DNA of 64,000 nt from Rhodospirillaceae bacterium (GTDB taxonomy: Bacteria > Pseudomonadota > Alphaproteobacteria > GCA-2731375). Every line of letters starts with the position of its first letter. Position 1 is the stretch's first letter. A program made the position numbers and the translations under genes. Shown one piece after another: positions 38,353 through 48,131 of the stretch. The notes under the pieces were generated by a model that saw only the letters and a list, made by a program, of their open reading frames with translations, was not told the origin of the DNA and searched no databases. The stretch spans positions 3,464 to 67,463 of the forward strand of contig JABIRL010000243.1 in the NCBI GenBank assembly GCA_018667855.1, written 5' to 3'.

Positions 38353-38426
38353 ATTGGCATTCCACTTGGCATTCCAGGCAGCATTCCAGGCCATGAATTT
38401 GGTCAGCGAATTTGGCCAGCGAATTT
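38353..38426. repeat. Tandem 12-13-bp direct repeats (TTGGCATTCCAG x3; GGYCAGCGAATTT x2) in the fnr upstream region
   Basis: Read directly from the sequence. Confidence 0.6.
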
Positions 38427-38625
38427 AGTCAGCCGTTTGTGGTTTCGGCTAATCCATTCCTGCGGCGTTTTGGCGCGGCTTTGGACGCTATAACGCGGTG
38501 ATAAAATATGCTTAACTAAATCAACATGTTTTTGACGCTATGATTTTTGCGTCAATCAACGAAATCGCCGACCAGTTTGTATGTGGGGGTCCTGGTTCGC
38601 GATTAGGGGTTCAAGGGGATCCAGG

Positions 38626-39381
38626 ATGAATCTTTCGCGTAGTCAAACCGAACCGGTGAACGGCATGGTATGCCGGCGCTCAGAGGCATCAACTGCGGGC
38701 AGTTTCTGTCAAAACTGCGTGGTCCGCACCAGGGCGTTTTGCGCTGTTCTGGACGATGATGCCTTGGCGCGGCTGGATCAAAGTCACACCATCGTCAATC
38801 TGGACAGCGAGGACGGCCTGTTCATGGAGGGCGATGACGCCACGTCGTTTTTCACGGTTCTGTCAGGCGCTTTGCGGCTGTCAAAACTTTTGCCTGACGG
38901 CCGGCGGCAAATTACCGGCTTTGTCCTGCCGGGTGAATTTGTCGGCCTGTCGGCCGGGGACACTTATGTCGATAACGCGGAAGCATTGACCGAGGCCAGC
39001 CTTTGCCGTTTCACGGTTTCCGATCTGAAGCGAATAGGGCAGGATAATCCGGAAATGGACAGCCAGATGCTGGCCATGACAAACAACACCCTGACACAGG
39101 CGCGGGATCATATGCTGTTGTTGGGCCGGATGAAGGCGCCGGAAAAAATCGCCAGCTTCCTCACCAGTCTGCTTGATCGGGCGTCGGCGGCGGATCAACC
39201 GACCGACCCCCTGGCCCTGCCCATGAGCCGGGCGGACATCGCGGACTATCTTGGATTGACCATCGAGACGGTCAGCCGCACATTTACCCGGTTGAAGGCG
39301 GACAAGATCATTGCCCTGCCGGAGCATAATCGGGTCAGCGTCAATAATATGGAAGCACTGGTCCAGTTGGCCGAAGGCTGA
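38626..39381 (+). CDS. fnr: Crp/Fnr family transcriptional regulator, FnrN/FnrL-type (C-x2-C-x7-C N-terminal cluster)
   Basis: cNMP-binding domain, a C-terminal HTH (ADIADYLGLTIETVSRTFTRL), an N-terminal FCQNCVVRTRAFC cluster and a fourth Cys in the beta-roll. Confidence 0.8.
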   Translation: MNLSRSQTEPVNGMVCRRSEASTAGSFCQNCVVRTRAFCAVLDDDALARLDQSHTIVNLDSEDGLFMEGDDATSFFTVLSGALRLSKLLPDGRRQITGFVLPGEFVGLSAGDTYVDNAEALTEASLCRFTVSDLKRIGQDNPEMDSQMLAMTNNTLTQARDHMLLLGRMKAPEKIASFLTSLLDRASAADQPTDPLALPMSRADIADYLGLTIETVSRTFTRLKADKIIALPEHNRVSVNNMEALVQLAEG

Positions 39382-39457
39382 TCGACACGCTATACAGTCC
39401 GAGAACGATCGCGACCCGAGGCGCAACTGGGGCCATTGCGTTGGCTGCCGCGTCGGC

Positions 39458-39574
39458 CTAGAGCATTTCCGAATTGGAAATGCTCCGATCTTTAAGAATA
39501 GAGCAATTTTCTCCAATCACTTAGAATCGCCCCGGTTGGTTTGGGCGATTCACAATTATTCGGAAATGCTCTAG
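39458..39574. repeat. MITE-like nested-hairpin element: 16-bp terminal inverted repeats CTAGAGCATTTCCGAA / TTCGGAAATGCTCTAG enclosing further perfect hairpins
   Basis: The left TIR itself is part of a perfect 10-bp palindrome GAGCATTTCC-gaatt-GGAAATGCTC. An internal 9-bp stem is GAATCGCCC / GGGCGATTC. A CTTTAAGA(A)TAGAGCAA direct repeat occurs at 39489 and 39616. Confidence 0.5.
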
Positions 39575-39624
39575 CGCAAGTCGCGTTCAATTGAACGCGC
39601 GGCCATGCGCTAAAACCTTTAAGA

Positions 39625-39676
39625 TAGAGCAACTTATCCGCGGTCAATTGAATCCAATTGACCGCGGGTTGCTCTA
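39625..39676. repeat. Palindromic repeat TAGAGCAAC-ttat-CCGCGGTCAATTG-aatc-CAATTGACCGCGG-g-TTGCTCTA (copy 2)
   Basis: Same family as the copy at 12746..12783. A smaller CGCGTTCAATTGAACGCG palindrome lies at 39582..39599. Confidence 0.6.
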
Positions 39677-39695
39677 GGTGAGGGATGGGCGATAG

Positions 39696-40409
39696 GTGCG
39701 AATTCGATCCGCGGACAATATCCTGCCGGCCTGGGCTTGGTTGTGGCTGCCCATTGCGGTACTGGCGGTCGAGCTTGGCTTTCGCATAATCAACGAACCG
39801 CTCTATCGCCAACTGTGGCAAAGCGAGCTGGGGCCGGTGGAAACCGGTACGGTCGCGGTCCTGTTGCCTGGTATTCTGGCCGGCCTTGCGGCACTGCGCC
39901 AGTCGAACCGCCTGCCGGCCCGGTGGTTGACCGGCTGGCTGGTGCTAATTATTACCGGCAGCGTCTATTTCGGCGGTGAGGAAGCATCCTGGGGCCAGCA
40001 TTGGTTGGGCTGGAATACGCCAGAGGCCCTGTCCAAACTGAATGATCAGGGCGAAACCAATCTGCACAACACCTCTTCCTGGCTGGACCAAAAACCCCGC
40101 CTGTTGTTGGAGCTGGGGGTTTTGGTCGGCGGTCTGCTGTATCCGTTGTTTATGGGCCTTAAACGATGGAACCGGCCGTCCGATCCGCAGGAAGTTCATT
40201 ACTGGCTATGGCCGGGCGGTCAATTGCTGCCGACCGCCTTTCTTGCCATCGCCATTGGCCTGCCGCAGCGATTTGAAAAATTCTTCGGCTGGCCGATCCC
40301 CTATCCCTTGGATATTCGTGCCAGCGAGACCCAGGAACTCTATTTCGCCTTGTTTCTGGCCCTCTATCTTTGGTCATTTCAAAGGCGCCTGAATGCGCGC
40401 AGATACTGA
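39696..40409 (+). CDS. Hypothetical polytopic membrane protein (Trp-rich)
   Basis: 237 aa with about 6 hydrophobic segments. No recognisable family. Confidence 0.45.
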   Translation: MRIRSADNILPAWAWLWLPIAVLAVELGFRIINEPLYRQLWQSELGPVETGTVAVLLPGILAGLAALRQSNRLPARWLTGWLVLIITGSVYFGGEEASWGQHWLGWNTPEALSKLNDQGETNLHNTSSWLDQKPRLLLELGVLVGGLLYPLFMGLKRWNRPSDPQEVHYWLWPGGQLLPTAFLAIAIGLPQRFEKFFGWPIPYPLDIRASETQELYFALFLALYLWSFQRRLNARRY

Positions 40410-40947
40410 CGTACTGGCTTTGATCGGCACGGACCAATGGATGATGGCTGTGTTGGAAGCCGTGCGCGGACTTGATTTGCCGGACTGTTGGGTTGGGGCC
40501 GGGTTCGTGCGCCGCAAAATTTGGGACCACCTGCATGGCTATACTCGGGCGACACCGCTGGACGATATCGATGTCCTGTACTTTCAACCCGATGATCCGA
40601 GCGTGGCCGCGGAACAACGCATCGAAGCGTTGCTGCATGCCGCCATGCCCGGACAACCCTGGTCAGCCAAGAATCAGGCCCGCATGCATCTGCGAAATGG
40701 TGATCAGCCCTATCGCGGCACTGGGGATGCCATGCGTTATTGGCTGGAAACCCCGACATGCGTCGCCGTGCGCATGGATAAGTCCGGGGTATTGGAGTTG
40801 ATCGCCCCGTACGGGCTGGACGACTTGGTCAATATGATTGTTCGCCCCACGCCAGCGGGACAGCGCCGCGACGAGGCTTATCGGGCCCGGCTGGAAAGCA
40901 AGAATTGGCTACAAAACTGGCCCCGGACCCAGGTCATCTGGCCTTAG
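40393..40947 (+). CDS. Putative nucleotidyltransferase-fold protein (NTP_transf_6 / DUF-type)
   Basis: G-x-G-F-x-R ... DDIDVLYF pattern resembling a minimal polymerase-beta-like NTase. It overlaps the preceding ORF by 17 bp. Confidence 0.45.
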   Translation: MRADTDVLALIGTDQWMMAVLEAVRGLDLPDCWVGAGFVRRKIWDHLHGYTRATPLDDIDVLYFQPDDPSVAAEQRIEALLHAAMPGQPWSAKNQARMHLRNGDQPYRGTGDAMRYWLETPTCVAVRMDKSGVLELIAPYGLDDLVNMIVRPTPAGQRRDEAYRARLESKNWLQNWPRTQVIWP

Positions 40948-41270
40948 AGGCATGTCAACTGAAGGCGCGGCCGCCAATGCAGGACAGGCAGGCAAGGTCA
41001 CAGGCGCCTTCTTTTTGTAGAGGGCAATGCGCAACCGCCGTCCGCTGGGAAAACAGGCCCGAAGACGTCTCAAACGTGACATTCGCCACCTGGCCATGTC
41101 GGGGACAGTGGGTTGTTTCCACGACCAAATGGCCGGCGGTTTGTTCCGTTGCTGGTATTTTGTGCTGCTCTTGCATGGCGGCAACTCCTTGTTCCACAGT
41201 CCATGTTTGTCATAATGCTACGACGTTGTCCCAACAACGCATTGAGGTGGATCAAATAGCAGATAGAATT

Positions 41271-41879
41271 TTATTTAGGTTTCGGAATGTGTACCGTAAA
41301 TAGCTCCGGATCATCGGCGCTCGGAAACTTCAAATAGAGCTCAATCTTGAAGGGCCGGCTGACGCTATCCCCAATATGCGCTTCCAATGTCGCCCGCACT
41401 TTATTGGGTGCCAGGAACCGGATGACCTCCGCCTCGTCCTCGCTATCGGGAATGGCCTTGATGAATGCCTGGTATCCGCCGACTTGTATGGGTTTGGTAA
41501 AGGCATTGTATAAAAACAGCTGAAATCCGCATTCGGGTGAATAAACCGCCTCCAAGTGATTGATTTTGTTCGGCGCCATGAAAAACGCGCCGCCATGCCT
41601 GGCCGCATGGTCCAAATGCGCGCCTTTCATATCCTTGGCATGGGTCATGGGTTTTGCCCGGTATTCCGGTTTTTTCTTCCCGTGGTGCATTGGGGCGGCG
41701 CCTTTATAAAGTGCCCCGCCCGGCTGACGTTCGGCTTCTTCGGTGATGGTAACCCGTGCATGGCACGATGCGGCCATGTGTTCTCCGCCGTGTTTATGCT
41801 GGGCATCTCCAAGCGCGGAAACAGGTCCTAGCAGGAAACCCAGAAACACCAAAAAAAGGGACAGGGAGTTAGACTTCAT
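41271..41879 (-). CDS. Secreted His-rich hypothetical protein (signal peptide)
   Basis: MKSNSLSLFLVFLGFLLGPVSALG signal peptide, then a His/Lys-rich segment. The start at 41879 is preferred over the track's 41987. Confidence 0.5.
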   Translation of the reverse strand: MKSNSLSLFLVFLGFLLGPVSALGDAQHKHGGEHMAASCHARVTITEEAERQPGGALYKGAAPMHHGKKKPEYRAKPMTHAKDMKGAHLDHAARHGGAFFMAPNKINHLEAVYSPECGFQLFLYNAFTKPIQVGGYQAFIKAIPDSEDEAEVIRFLAPNKVRATLEAHIGDSVSRPFKIELYLKFPSADDPELFTVHIPKPK

Positions 41880-41959
41880 ACTTGTCTCCAATGCCACGGC
41901 GTCGAGCGCAACCACCAGTGAGCATTTAACAAATATCGGTCGCGGATATCGATGCCGCG

Positions 41960-43558
41960 TTATGTCGCACCCAGCAGGTCGGCGCATTTTTCGCCGACCA
42001 TGATGCTGGGCGCGTTGGTATTGCCCGAAGGCATGGTCGGGAAGATCGAGGCATCCGCGATGCGCAAACCGTCCAGGCCACGAACCTTCAATTGCTCATC
42101 CACCACGGTGTTGGGGCCCTGTCCCATGCGGCAGGTGCCGATGGGATGATAGGCGGTTTCCGAATTTTCCCGGATCCATTGTTCAATGGCCTCGTCGCTG
42201 TCAACAGAGGCCCCCGGTGAATATTCCTCGCCCCGGTAGGGATCCATGGGCCCGGCCTGGACGATGCGGCGCATCATCTTGAAACCTTCCACCATCGTGT
42301 CCCGATCGATGCTGTCGCCCATGAAATTAAAACGTATAGCCGGCTGGGCGGACGGATCGGCGGAACGGATATGGATGGAGCCCAGGCTTTCCGGGCGCAG
42401 CTGATAACAGGCGACCGTCATGCCGGGGAAGGGGTGCAGTTTGCGCCGTTTGGGATCTTTCACAGCATAGGGCACCAGATGCATTTGCACATCCGGTGTC
42501 TCCAGATCCTGACGGGTTTTCAAAAACGCCAGCAGCGGCGCCGACGGCAGACTAAGAAAGCCGCCGCCCGTGGTCAGGTATTTCAGTACCTGTCCAAACA
42601 GATTGATGCCCTGGGCCCGTTCGTTGAACGAGACGCCCGGCGCCGTCACCTTCCATTGAATGCGGGCATTGATATGGTCGCGGAAATTTTCGCCCACCGC
42701 CGCCAGTTCGTGGTTCACGTCTATGCCATGCTGCCGCAGCACCTCCGGCTTGCCGATGCCCGAAAGTTCCAGGATCTGTGGCGAGCCGATCGCCCCGGCG
42801 GACAGGATAATTTCGCGCCCCGCCCGCGCCTCATTCTTTTGACTGTTATGAAAATAGCGAACGCCGACGCAGCGCTTGCCGTCCAGGATCAGGCCCAGGG
42901 TCAATGCCTCGGTCACAACATGCAGATTGCTGCGCTTCATGGCGGGCCGCAAATAGCAATGCGCCGCGCTCATGCGCCGCCCGCCCGAAATGGTAGCCTG
43001 GGTCTTGACGATACCTTCCTGATCCGGGCCATTGTAGTCGTCATTGCGCTTATGGCCGGCTTCCACCGCCGCATCGAACAGGGCGTCGTACAAGGGGTTC
43101 TGGTCCGGCACCTCCGTGACGCTGAGCGGCCCGCCGCTGCCGCGCACGCCGTCACCGCCCTTTTCATAGTTTTCCATACGCCGGAACAGCGGTTCCACGT
43201 CGGACCAGCTCCAGCCGCGATTGCCCAGTTGCGCCCAGGTGTCGTAATCCAGGGTCTGCCCCCGTACATAGACCAGACCGTTGATGGACGACGAGCCGCC
43301 CAGCAATTTACCTCTCGGTACGGGAATTTCGCGATTTGCGGTGCCCTCTTCGGGCTCCGAGGAAAATCGCCAGTTGGCGCCGGGATGATCGATCAGCAGG
43401 CCAAAGCTGACCGGCAGGCGGGAATAGGGGTGGGAGGCCTTGCCGGCTTCCAGCAACAAAACCTTGTTGGCCGGGTTTTCGCTCAAGCGATAGGCCAAGG
43501 CAGAGCCGGCGGACCCGGCCCCAACAATGATGTAGTCGTATCGTGCATCTGTGTTCAT
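41960..43558 (-). CDS. GMC family FAD-dependent oxidoreductase (choline dehydrogenase-like)
   Basis: YDYIIVGAGSAGSALAYRLSE ADP-binding motif and a GMC C-terminal H-N active-site region. Confidence 0.85.
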   Translation of the reverse strand: MNTDARYDYIIVGAGSAGSALAYRLSENPANKVLLLEAGKASHPYSRLPVSFGLLIDHPGANWRFSSEPEEGTANREIPVPRGKLLGGSSSINGLVYVRGQTLDYDTWAQLGNRGWSWSDVEPLFRRMENYEKGGDGVRGSGGPLSVTEVPDQNPLYDALFDAAVEAGHKRNDDYNGPDQEGIVKTQATISGGRRMSAAHCYLRPAMKRSNLHVVTEALTLGLILDGKRCVGVRYFHNSQKNEARAGREIILSAGAIGSPQILELSGIGKPEVLRQHGIDVNHELAAVGENFRDHINARIQWKVTAPGVSFNERAQGINLFGQVLKYLTTGGGFLSLPSAPLLAFLKTRQDLETPDVQMHLVPYAVKDPKRRKLHPFPGMTVACYQLRPESLGSIHIRSADPSAQPAIRFNFMGDSIDRDTMVEGFKMMRRIVQAGPMDPYRGEEYSPGASVDSDEAIEQWIRENSETAYHPIGTCRMGQGPNTVVDEQLKVRGLDGLRIADASIFPTMPSGNTNAPSIMVGEKCADLLGAT

Positions 43559-44057
43559 CAGCCAATCCTCCGCCGGCGTATGGTTCCCTATGTTACCAGG
43601 GCGGTATGGTTTGGCCAGCTTCGGGAACGAGTCTTGTGCTTGATCCGCAATTCAGCCATCGCACACATGAATCCATCATTGTCGCAAAATACATCAAAAT
43701 CGCCCCTTATTCGCCTTAACGAACCCTTAACCTCCTGTTAATAAGGTTAACGAGCTTGACGGCAATCGAAACGAAAGATAGTTTCCCGACACTATGACGC
43801 GGTCATTTCATATACAGGGTCTCGCCCTGCGACTTAGCGACCCGGGCCTTGAGGGGCACCGGGATGCCGCACCTATTGCGCGCACGCTAAGGGACCACGC
43901 GTCAAATGTTACAGACAACGATTAATACATCAGCATTTCAAATCCATGTATCCGACCGCTGGACCGTGCGGCGGCGCCGTTTTGCCTTTAGGCATCACAG
44001 GCGCGCCATGGGGGTCCTGATCCGGCGGGCCGGTACGACACGAGAGGATTTTTCGTC

Positions 44058-45737
44058 ATGAACAAGATGGCTTTTCACAAATATCAGCCTTTCCCCCCTA
44101 TCGATCTGCCGAACCGTCAATGGCCCGGAGGGGTCATCGACAAAGCGCCGATCTGGTGCTCCGTCGACCTGCGGGACGGCAATCAGGCCCTGGTCGAACC
44201 CATGGGCCGGCAGAAAAAGCTGCATTTCTTCAACCATTTAATCAAATTGGGCTTCAAGGAGATTGAAATCGGTTTCCCGGCAGCCTCCGACACCGACTTT
44301 GATTTCGCCCGCCATATCATTGAAAACGATCTGATCCCCGACGATGTCGCTATTCAGGTCCTGACCCAATCGCGCCCGGAATTGATCGAAAAGACCTTCG
44401 AGGCGCTGGAAGGCTCCAAGAACGCCATCATCCATCTGTACAACTCCACCTCCGAGTTGCAGCGCCGGGTGGTTTTTGGCCAGGACCGGGACGGTGTCAA
44501 AAAGATCGCCACGGATGGTGCCGGCTGGATTAAGGAAAAAATTCCGGCGCTGGAGGCCGGCGGCACCAAGGTGCGACTGGAATATTCGCCGGAAAGCTTT
44601 ACCGGGACCGAATTGGATTACGCCCTGGACGTCTGCCATTCGATCATGGATATCTGGCAGCCGACAGCTGAAAACCCGGTTATTTTCAATCTGCCGGCGA
44701 CGGTGGAAATGGCCTCGCCCAACTATTGCGCTGATCAGATCGAATGGATGCATCGCAATTTCAAGGATCGGGATACGGTTATCCTGTCATTGCACCCCCA
44801 TAACGACCGGGGCACGGCGGTGGCGGCGACGGAATTGTGCCTGATGGCCGGCGCCCAGCGGGTTGAAGGCACCTTGTTCGGTAATGGCGAACGTACGGGC
44901 AATGTTGACGTTATCACCATGGCGCTGAATATCTTCAGCCAGGGCGTGGATCCCAAACTGGACTTTACCGCCATTCAGGAATCCATCGACGTATCCCAAC
45001 ACTGCACGCAATTGCCCGTACATGAACGCCATCCTTATGCGGGCGAACTGGTCTACACGGCATTTTCCGGCTCCCACCAGGACGCCATCAAAAAGGGCAT
45101 GGCGGCGAACAAGTCATCCAACGATCCCCATTGGGAGGTGCCTTATCTGCCGATAGATCCCATGGACGTGGGCCGCAGTTACGAGGCCATTATTCGCGTC
45201 AACAGCCAGTCCGGCAAGGGTGGCGTGGCCTATATCATGGACACCGAATACGGCATCGACATGCCCCGGGACATGCAGGTGGAATTTTCCAAGGTAATCC
45301 AGAATATCTCCGACCAGACGGGCAAGGAGATCACCCCGGTGCAAATCTGGCAGACCTTCAAGGAAACCTATCTGGACACGAAGGAGCCGTTCGAGCTGAT
45401 CGACTACCGCATGAACTCCACGGCTGAATCGGCCGAGGTCATCATGTGCACCGCCACCATTCGCGCCTATGACGAGGTGCGCGATATCGTCGGTCGCGGC
45501 GACGGCCCCATCGATGCCTTTTTCGGCGCGCTAAAAGAGTCCTGCGGCGTCGAGGCGACGTTCCAGGACTATGCCCAGCGGGCCATGGGCGCCGGCTCGG
45601 ATGTCGAGGCGGTCTGCTTCGTTAAGTTGGAAGGCGGCGACGGACAAACGGCCCACGGCGTCGGCGTTCACCCCAACACCAACAGCGCCTCCCTGCAGGC
45701 CATCATCTCCGCCGTCAACCGCCTGGCGACGCAATAG
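44058..45737 (+). CDS. leuA: 2-isopropylmalate synthase (long, LeuA type 2)
   Basis: 559 aa with DLRDGNQA, HxH motifs and a C-terminal LeuA dimerisation/regulatory domain. Confidence 0.9.
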   Translation: MNKMAFHKYQPFPPIDLPNRQWPGGVIDKAPIWCSVDLRDGNQALVEPMGRQKKLHFFNHLIKLGFKEIEIGFPAASDTDFDFARHIIENDLIPDDVAIQVLTQSRPELIEKTFEALEGSKNAIIHLYNSTSELQRRVVFGQDRDGVKKIATDGAGWIKEKIPALEAGGTKVRLEYSPESFTGTELDYALDVCHSIMDIWQPTAENPVIFNLPATVEMASPNYCADQIEWMHRNFKDRDTVILSLHPHNDRGTAVAATELCLMAGAQRVEGTLFGNGERTGNVDVITMALNIFSQGVDPKLDFTAIQESIDVSQHCTQLPVHERHPYAGELVYTAFSGSHQDAIKKGMAANKSSNDPHWEVPYLPIDPMDVGRSYEAIIRVNSQSGKGGVAYIMDTEYGIDMPRDMQVEFSKVIQNISDQTGKEITPVQIWQTFKETYLDTKEPFELIDYRMNSTAESAEVIMCTATIRAYDEVRDIVGRGDGPIDAFFGALKESCGVEATFQDYAQRAMGAGSDVEAVCFVKLEGGDGQTAHGVGVHPNTNSASLQAIISAVNRLATQ

Positions 45738-45898
45738 GGGCGGGGCATAATATTAGTTAGCCGGTGACCGGGCGGATGCCATGACGTTCCGCCCGCATTG
45801 CCGGCGGGCACGATGTGCGATTAATATCACCCTCAGTGGCCGGGACAGTATGCGAACCGCATCAAATGCGGCCTCGGCTTGGCAGAGGGAGACGCATC

Positions 45899-47050
45899 GT
45901 GACAGACAGCCAGACAGACCGGTCCGGATATGCCGCTACCCGCACGGCGCTAAGCCGATCCCATCACGCGCCGGGAGAAATTTATACTTCGCCTGAGATT
46001 TTCCGCCGCGAGGCGGAGGTCTATTTTATGCGCGAATGGCTGTTCGTGGCTCGGGTGGAGGAACTGCCCAATCCCGGCGACTACCACACCCTGCGCGTGG
46101 TCGGGGAACCGATCATCATTGCCCGCGACAAGGGCGGGGAATTGCATGCCTGCTACAACATGTGTGTTCATCGCGGGGTCGAGGTCGCCTATGGCAGCGG
46201 CAACACACGATCATTCAAATGCCCCTATCACGGCTGGGTTTATGATCTGGACGGTTCCTTGACCGGGGCCGCCTATATGGGAGACACGGAAGGCTTTGAC
46301 CTCAAGGCCTGCCGCATGCGGCCCCTGCGTCTGGATGTCTGGCGCGGCAATATATTCGTCAATTTCGACGCCGATGCCCGGCCCCTGGCCGAAGCGGTCG
46401 CGGATTTCGAGACGGACTTTGCCTTTCTGGGCATGGAGAAATGCCGCCTGGGCAACCGCATCGTCATGGAGCTGGACTGCAATTGGAAGTTCGTGCACGA
46501 AAACCTGATGGATTTCTATCATGTGGGCGTCCTGCATGCGAACACCTTCGGGGCCAAGTTCGCGTGGGAGGATGAAAATGTCCACGCCCGGTCTGATGGC
46601 GGGCTGAGCATATTCTATGACGCCGGGCCGCCAACGCCGGGGGCCGAGCCGCTGCTGGGCAAGATGCCGTGGCTGGAGGACCGCCCCCACAGCTTCGCCT
46701 GTACTGGTTATCTGCCGCCCAACCTGACTATTTTTGGCCGCATCGACTGCATCCGCCCCATGGTCGCCTGGCCCATCGACGAGTCCCATACCCAGGTCAT
46801 CATCTATCATTTGTTTCCGGAAAGCTTTTTCGAACGCGCGGATATCGAGGAGACACTGAAGATCTATCACGACTACCAGCTGACGGTGCTGGAGGAAGAC
46901 CGCTCCATGCTCATATCCATGCAAAGCGCCATGAGCTCTCCGGCCTACAAACCGGGGCGCTTGAGCGTGCTGGAGCGGCCCTTGCATAATTTCCTCAACG
47001 GCTATTTGGACCGCATTATCGGTGACGATGGCCGAGAGGCGGCAGAATGA
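45899..47050 (+). CDS. Rieske [2Fe-2S] non-heme iron oxygenase alpha subunit
   Basis: C-x-H-x16-C-x2-H (CVHRGVEV...CPYHGW) plus a D-x2-H-x4-H mononuclear Fe site. A GTG start with a GAGGGAG SD is preferred. Confidence 0.75.
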   Translation: MTDSQTDRSGYAATRTALSRSHHAPGEIYTSPEIFRREAEVYFMREWLFVARVEELPNPGDYHTLRVVGEPIIIARDKGGELHACYNMCVHRGVEVAYGSGNTRSFKCPYHGWVYDLDGSLTGAAYMGDTEGFDLKACRMRPLRLDVWRGNIFVNFDADARPLAEAVADFETDFAFLGMEKCRLGNRIVMELDCNWKFVHENLMDFYHVGVLHANTFGAKFAWEDENVHARSDGGLSIFYDAGPPTPGAEPLLGKMPWLEDRPHSFACTGYLPPNLTIFGRIDCIRPMVAWPIDESHTQVIIYHLFPESFFERADIEETLKIYHDYQLTVLEEDRSMLISMQSAMSSPAYKPGRLSVLERPLHNFLNGYLDRIIGDDGREAAE

Positions 47051-48087
47051 CGAATGGCATGGGCACCGCCGGGCTGACGGGAGCGGCCGAAGTATTGGTG
47101 CGCGACTATATGGCCGTTCAGCCCGGTGAGAACGTGCTGATCACCACGGATACGGCGGGCGACAGTGCCGTACCGAACGCCGTTCTGACGGCCGCCCTGG
47201 GAGCGGAGGCCAAGGCAGCAGTATTGTTGATGCCGCCGCTGCCGTTTCAGGGCCGCCTGGCCGATCCCTATATTACCGAAACCCTCAGCGCCGCGGCGTT
47301 GGCCTGCGATGTGTGGATCGATCTGACCTTTCCCTATCTTGCCGGCTCCAGCCTGTTTGACGAGGCCATGCAGTCGGAACGTATACGTTATCTGCTGGGC
47401 GGCGACATGAACGCTGGCGGCCTGGAGCGGCTGTTCGGCCAGGCCGATCTGGACAGCTGTTATGGAGTGCACAAACGCTTCGATGAATTGATCAACGAGG
47501 CCATCGGCAAGACCGTTCGGATCACCGACGGCGGCGGTACGAATGTGTCCTTCCGCCTGGGCCAGCGCGGCATCGAAAAACCCCGGCGCGGCGACAAACC
47601 CGGTTTCTATCTGGTGCCGGGCGCCTGTACCATGTTCCCGGACGTGGACAGTGTGCAGGGCACCATCCAGGTGGGTTCTGTGTTCCATGAATATTACACC
47701 CCCCTGGCCACACCGATGATCCTGGAAGTGGACGGCAAGATCCAGGCAATCCGGGGCGGCGGCAACGAACGCGCCGTCGCCGATCGGGCCTTGCGCCGGG
47801 CGGCGGGCGGCGAATACGGCTACATCATTCATTTTACCCACGGTATTCATCCCGCCGCCCGCGCCACCGGCCGGTCGTTCATCGAGGAGATGCGCACCAT
47901 GGGCAACGACGCCATCGGCATGGGCCTGCCCTGGTGGCAGCCCGGCGGCGGTGAGAACCACCCGGATGCCGTTTTGTATATGCAAACCATCGAACTGGAC
48001 GGCCGGCGCATCGTCGAAGACGGCGCTATCGTGGCGCCCCCCGATCTGGCCGAACTGGCCACGGCGCTGACGCCGATCTATCGATAA
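47047..48087 (+). CDS. M29 (AmpS/PepS-like) aminopeptidase-family protein
   Basis: N-terminal VQPGENVLITTD resembles the M29 family. The gene is ATGA-coupled to the Rieske gene. The family assignment is from memory. Confidence 0.45.
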   Translation: MTNGMGTAGLTGAAEVLVRDYMAVQPGENVLITTDTAGDSAVPNAVLTAALGAEAKAAVLLMPPLPFQGRLADPYITETLSAAALACDVWIDLTFPYLAGSSLFDEAMQSERIRYLLGGDMNAGGLERLFGQADLDSCYGVHKRFDELINEAIGKTVRITDGGGTNVSFRLGQRGIEKPRRGDKPGFYLVPGACTMFPDVDSVQGTIQVGSVFHEYYTPLATPMILEVDGKIQAIRGGGNERAVADRALRRAAGGEYGYIIHFTHGIHPAARATGRSFIEEMRTMGNDAIGMGLPWWQPGGGENHPDAVLYMQTIELDGRRIVEDGAIVAPPDLAELATALTPIYR

Positions 48088-48131
48088 AGAGAACCACTCG
48101 GCGCTTGGCCGATCATCAAGGAGATTAGTTC

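Noticed and set aside
38532-38555. Canonical Fnr/FixK box upstream of fnr
   Set aside because: TTGACGC-N10-GCGTCAA has 16 nt between the TTGA and TCAA cores, not the canonical 6-8. I kept it only as a generic inverted repeat.
46211-46987. 258-aa minus-strand ORF
   Set aside because: It is antisense to the Rieske oxygenase gene.
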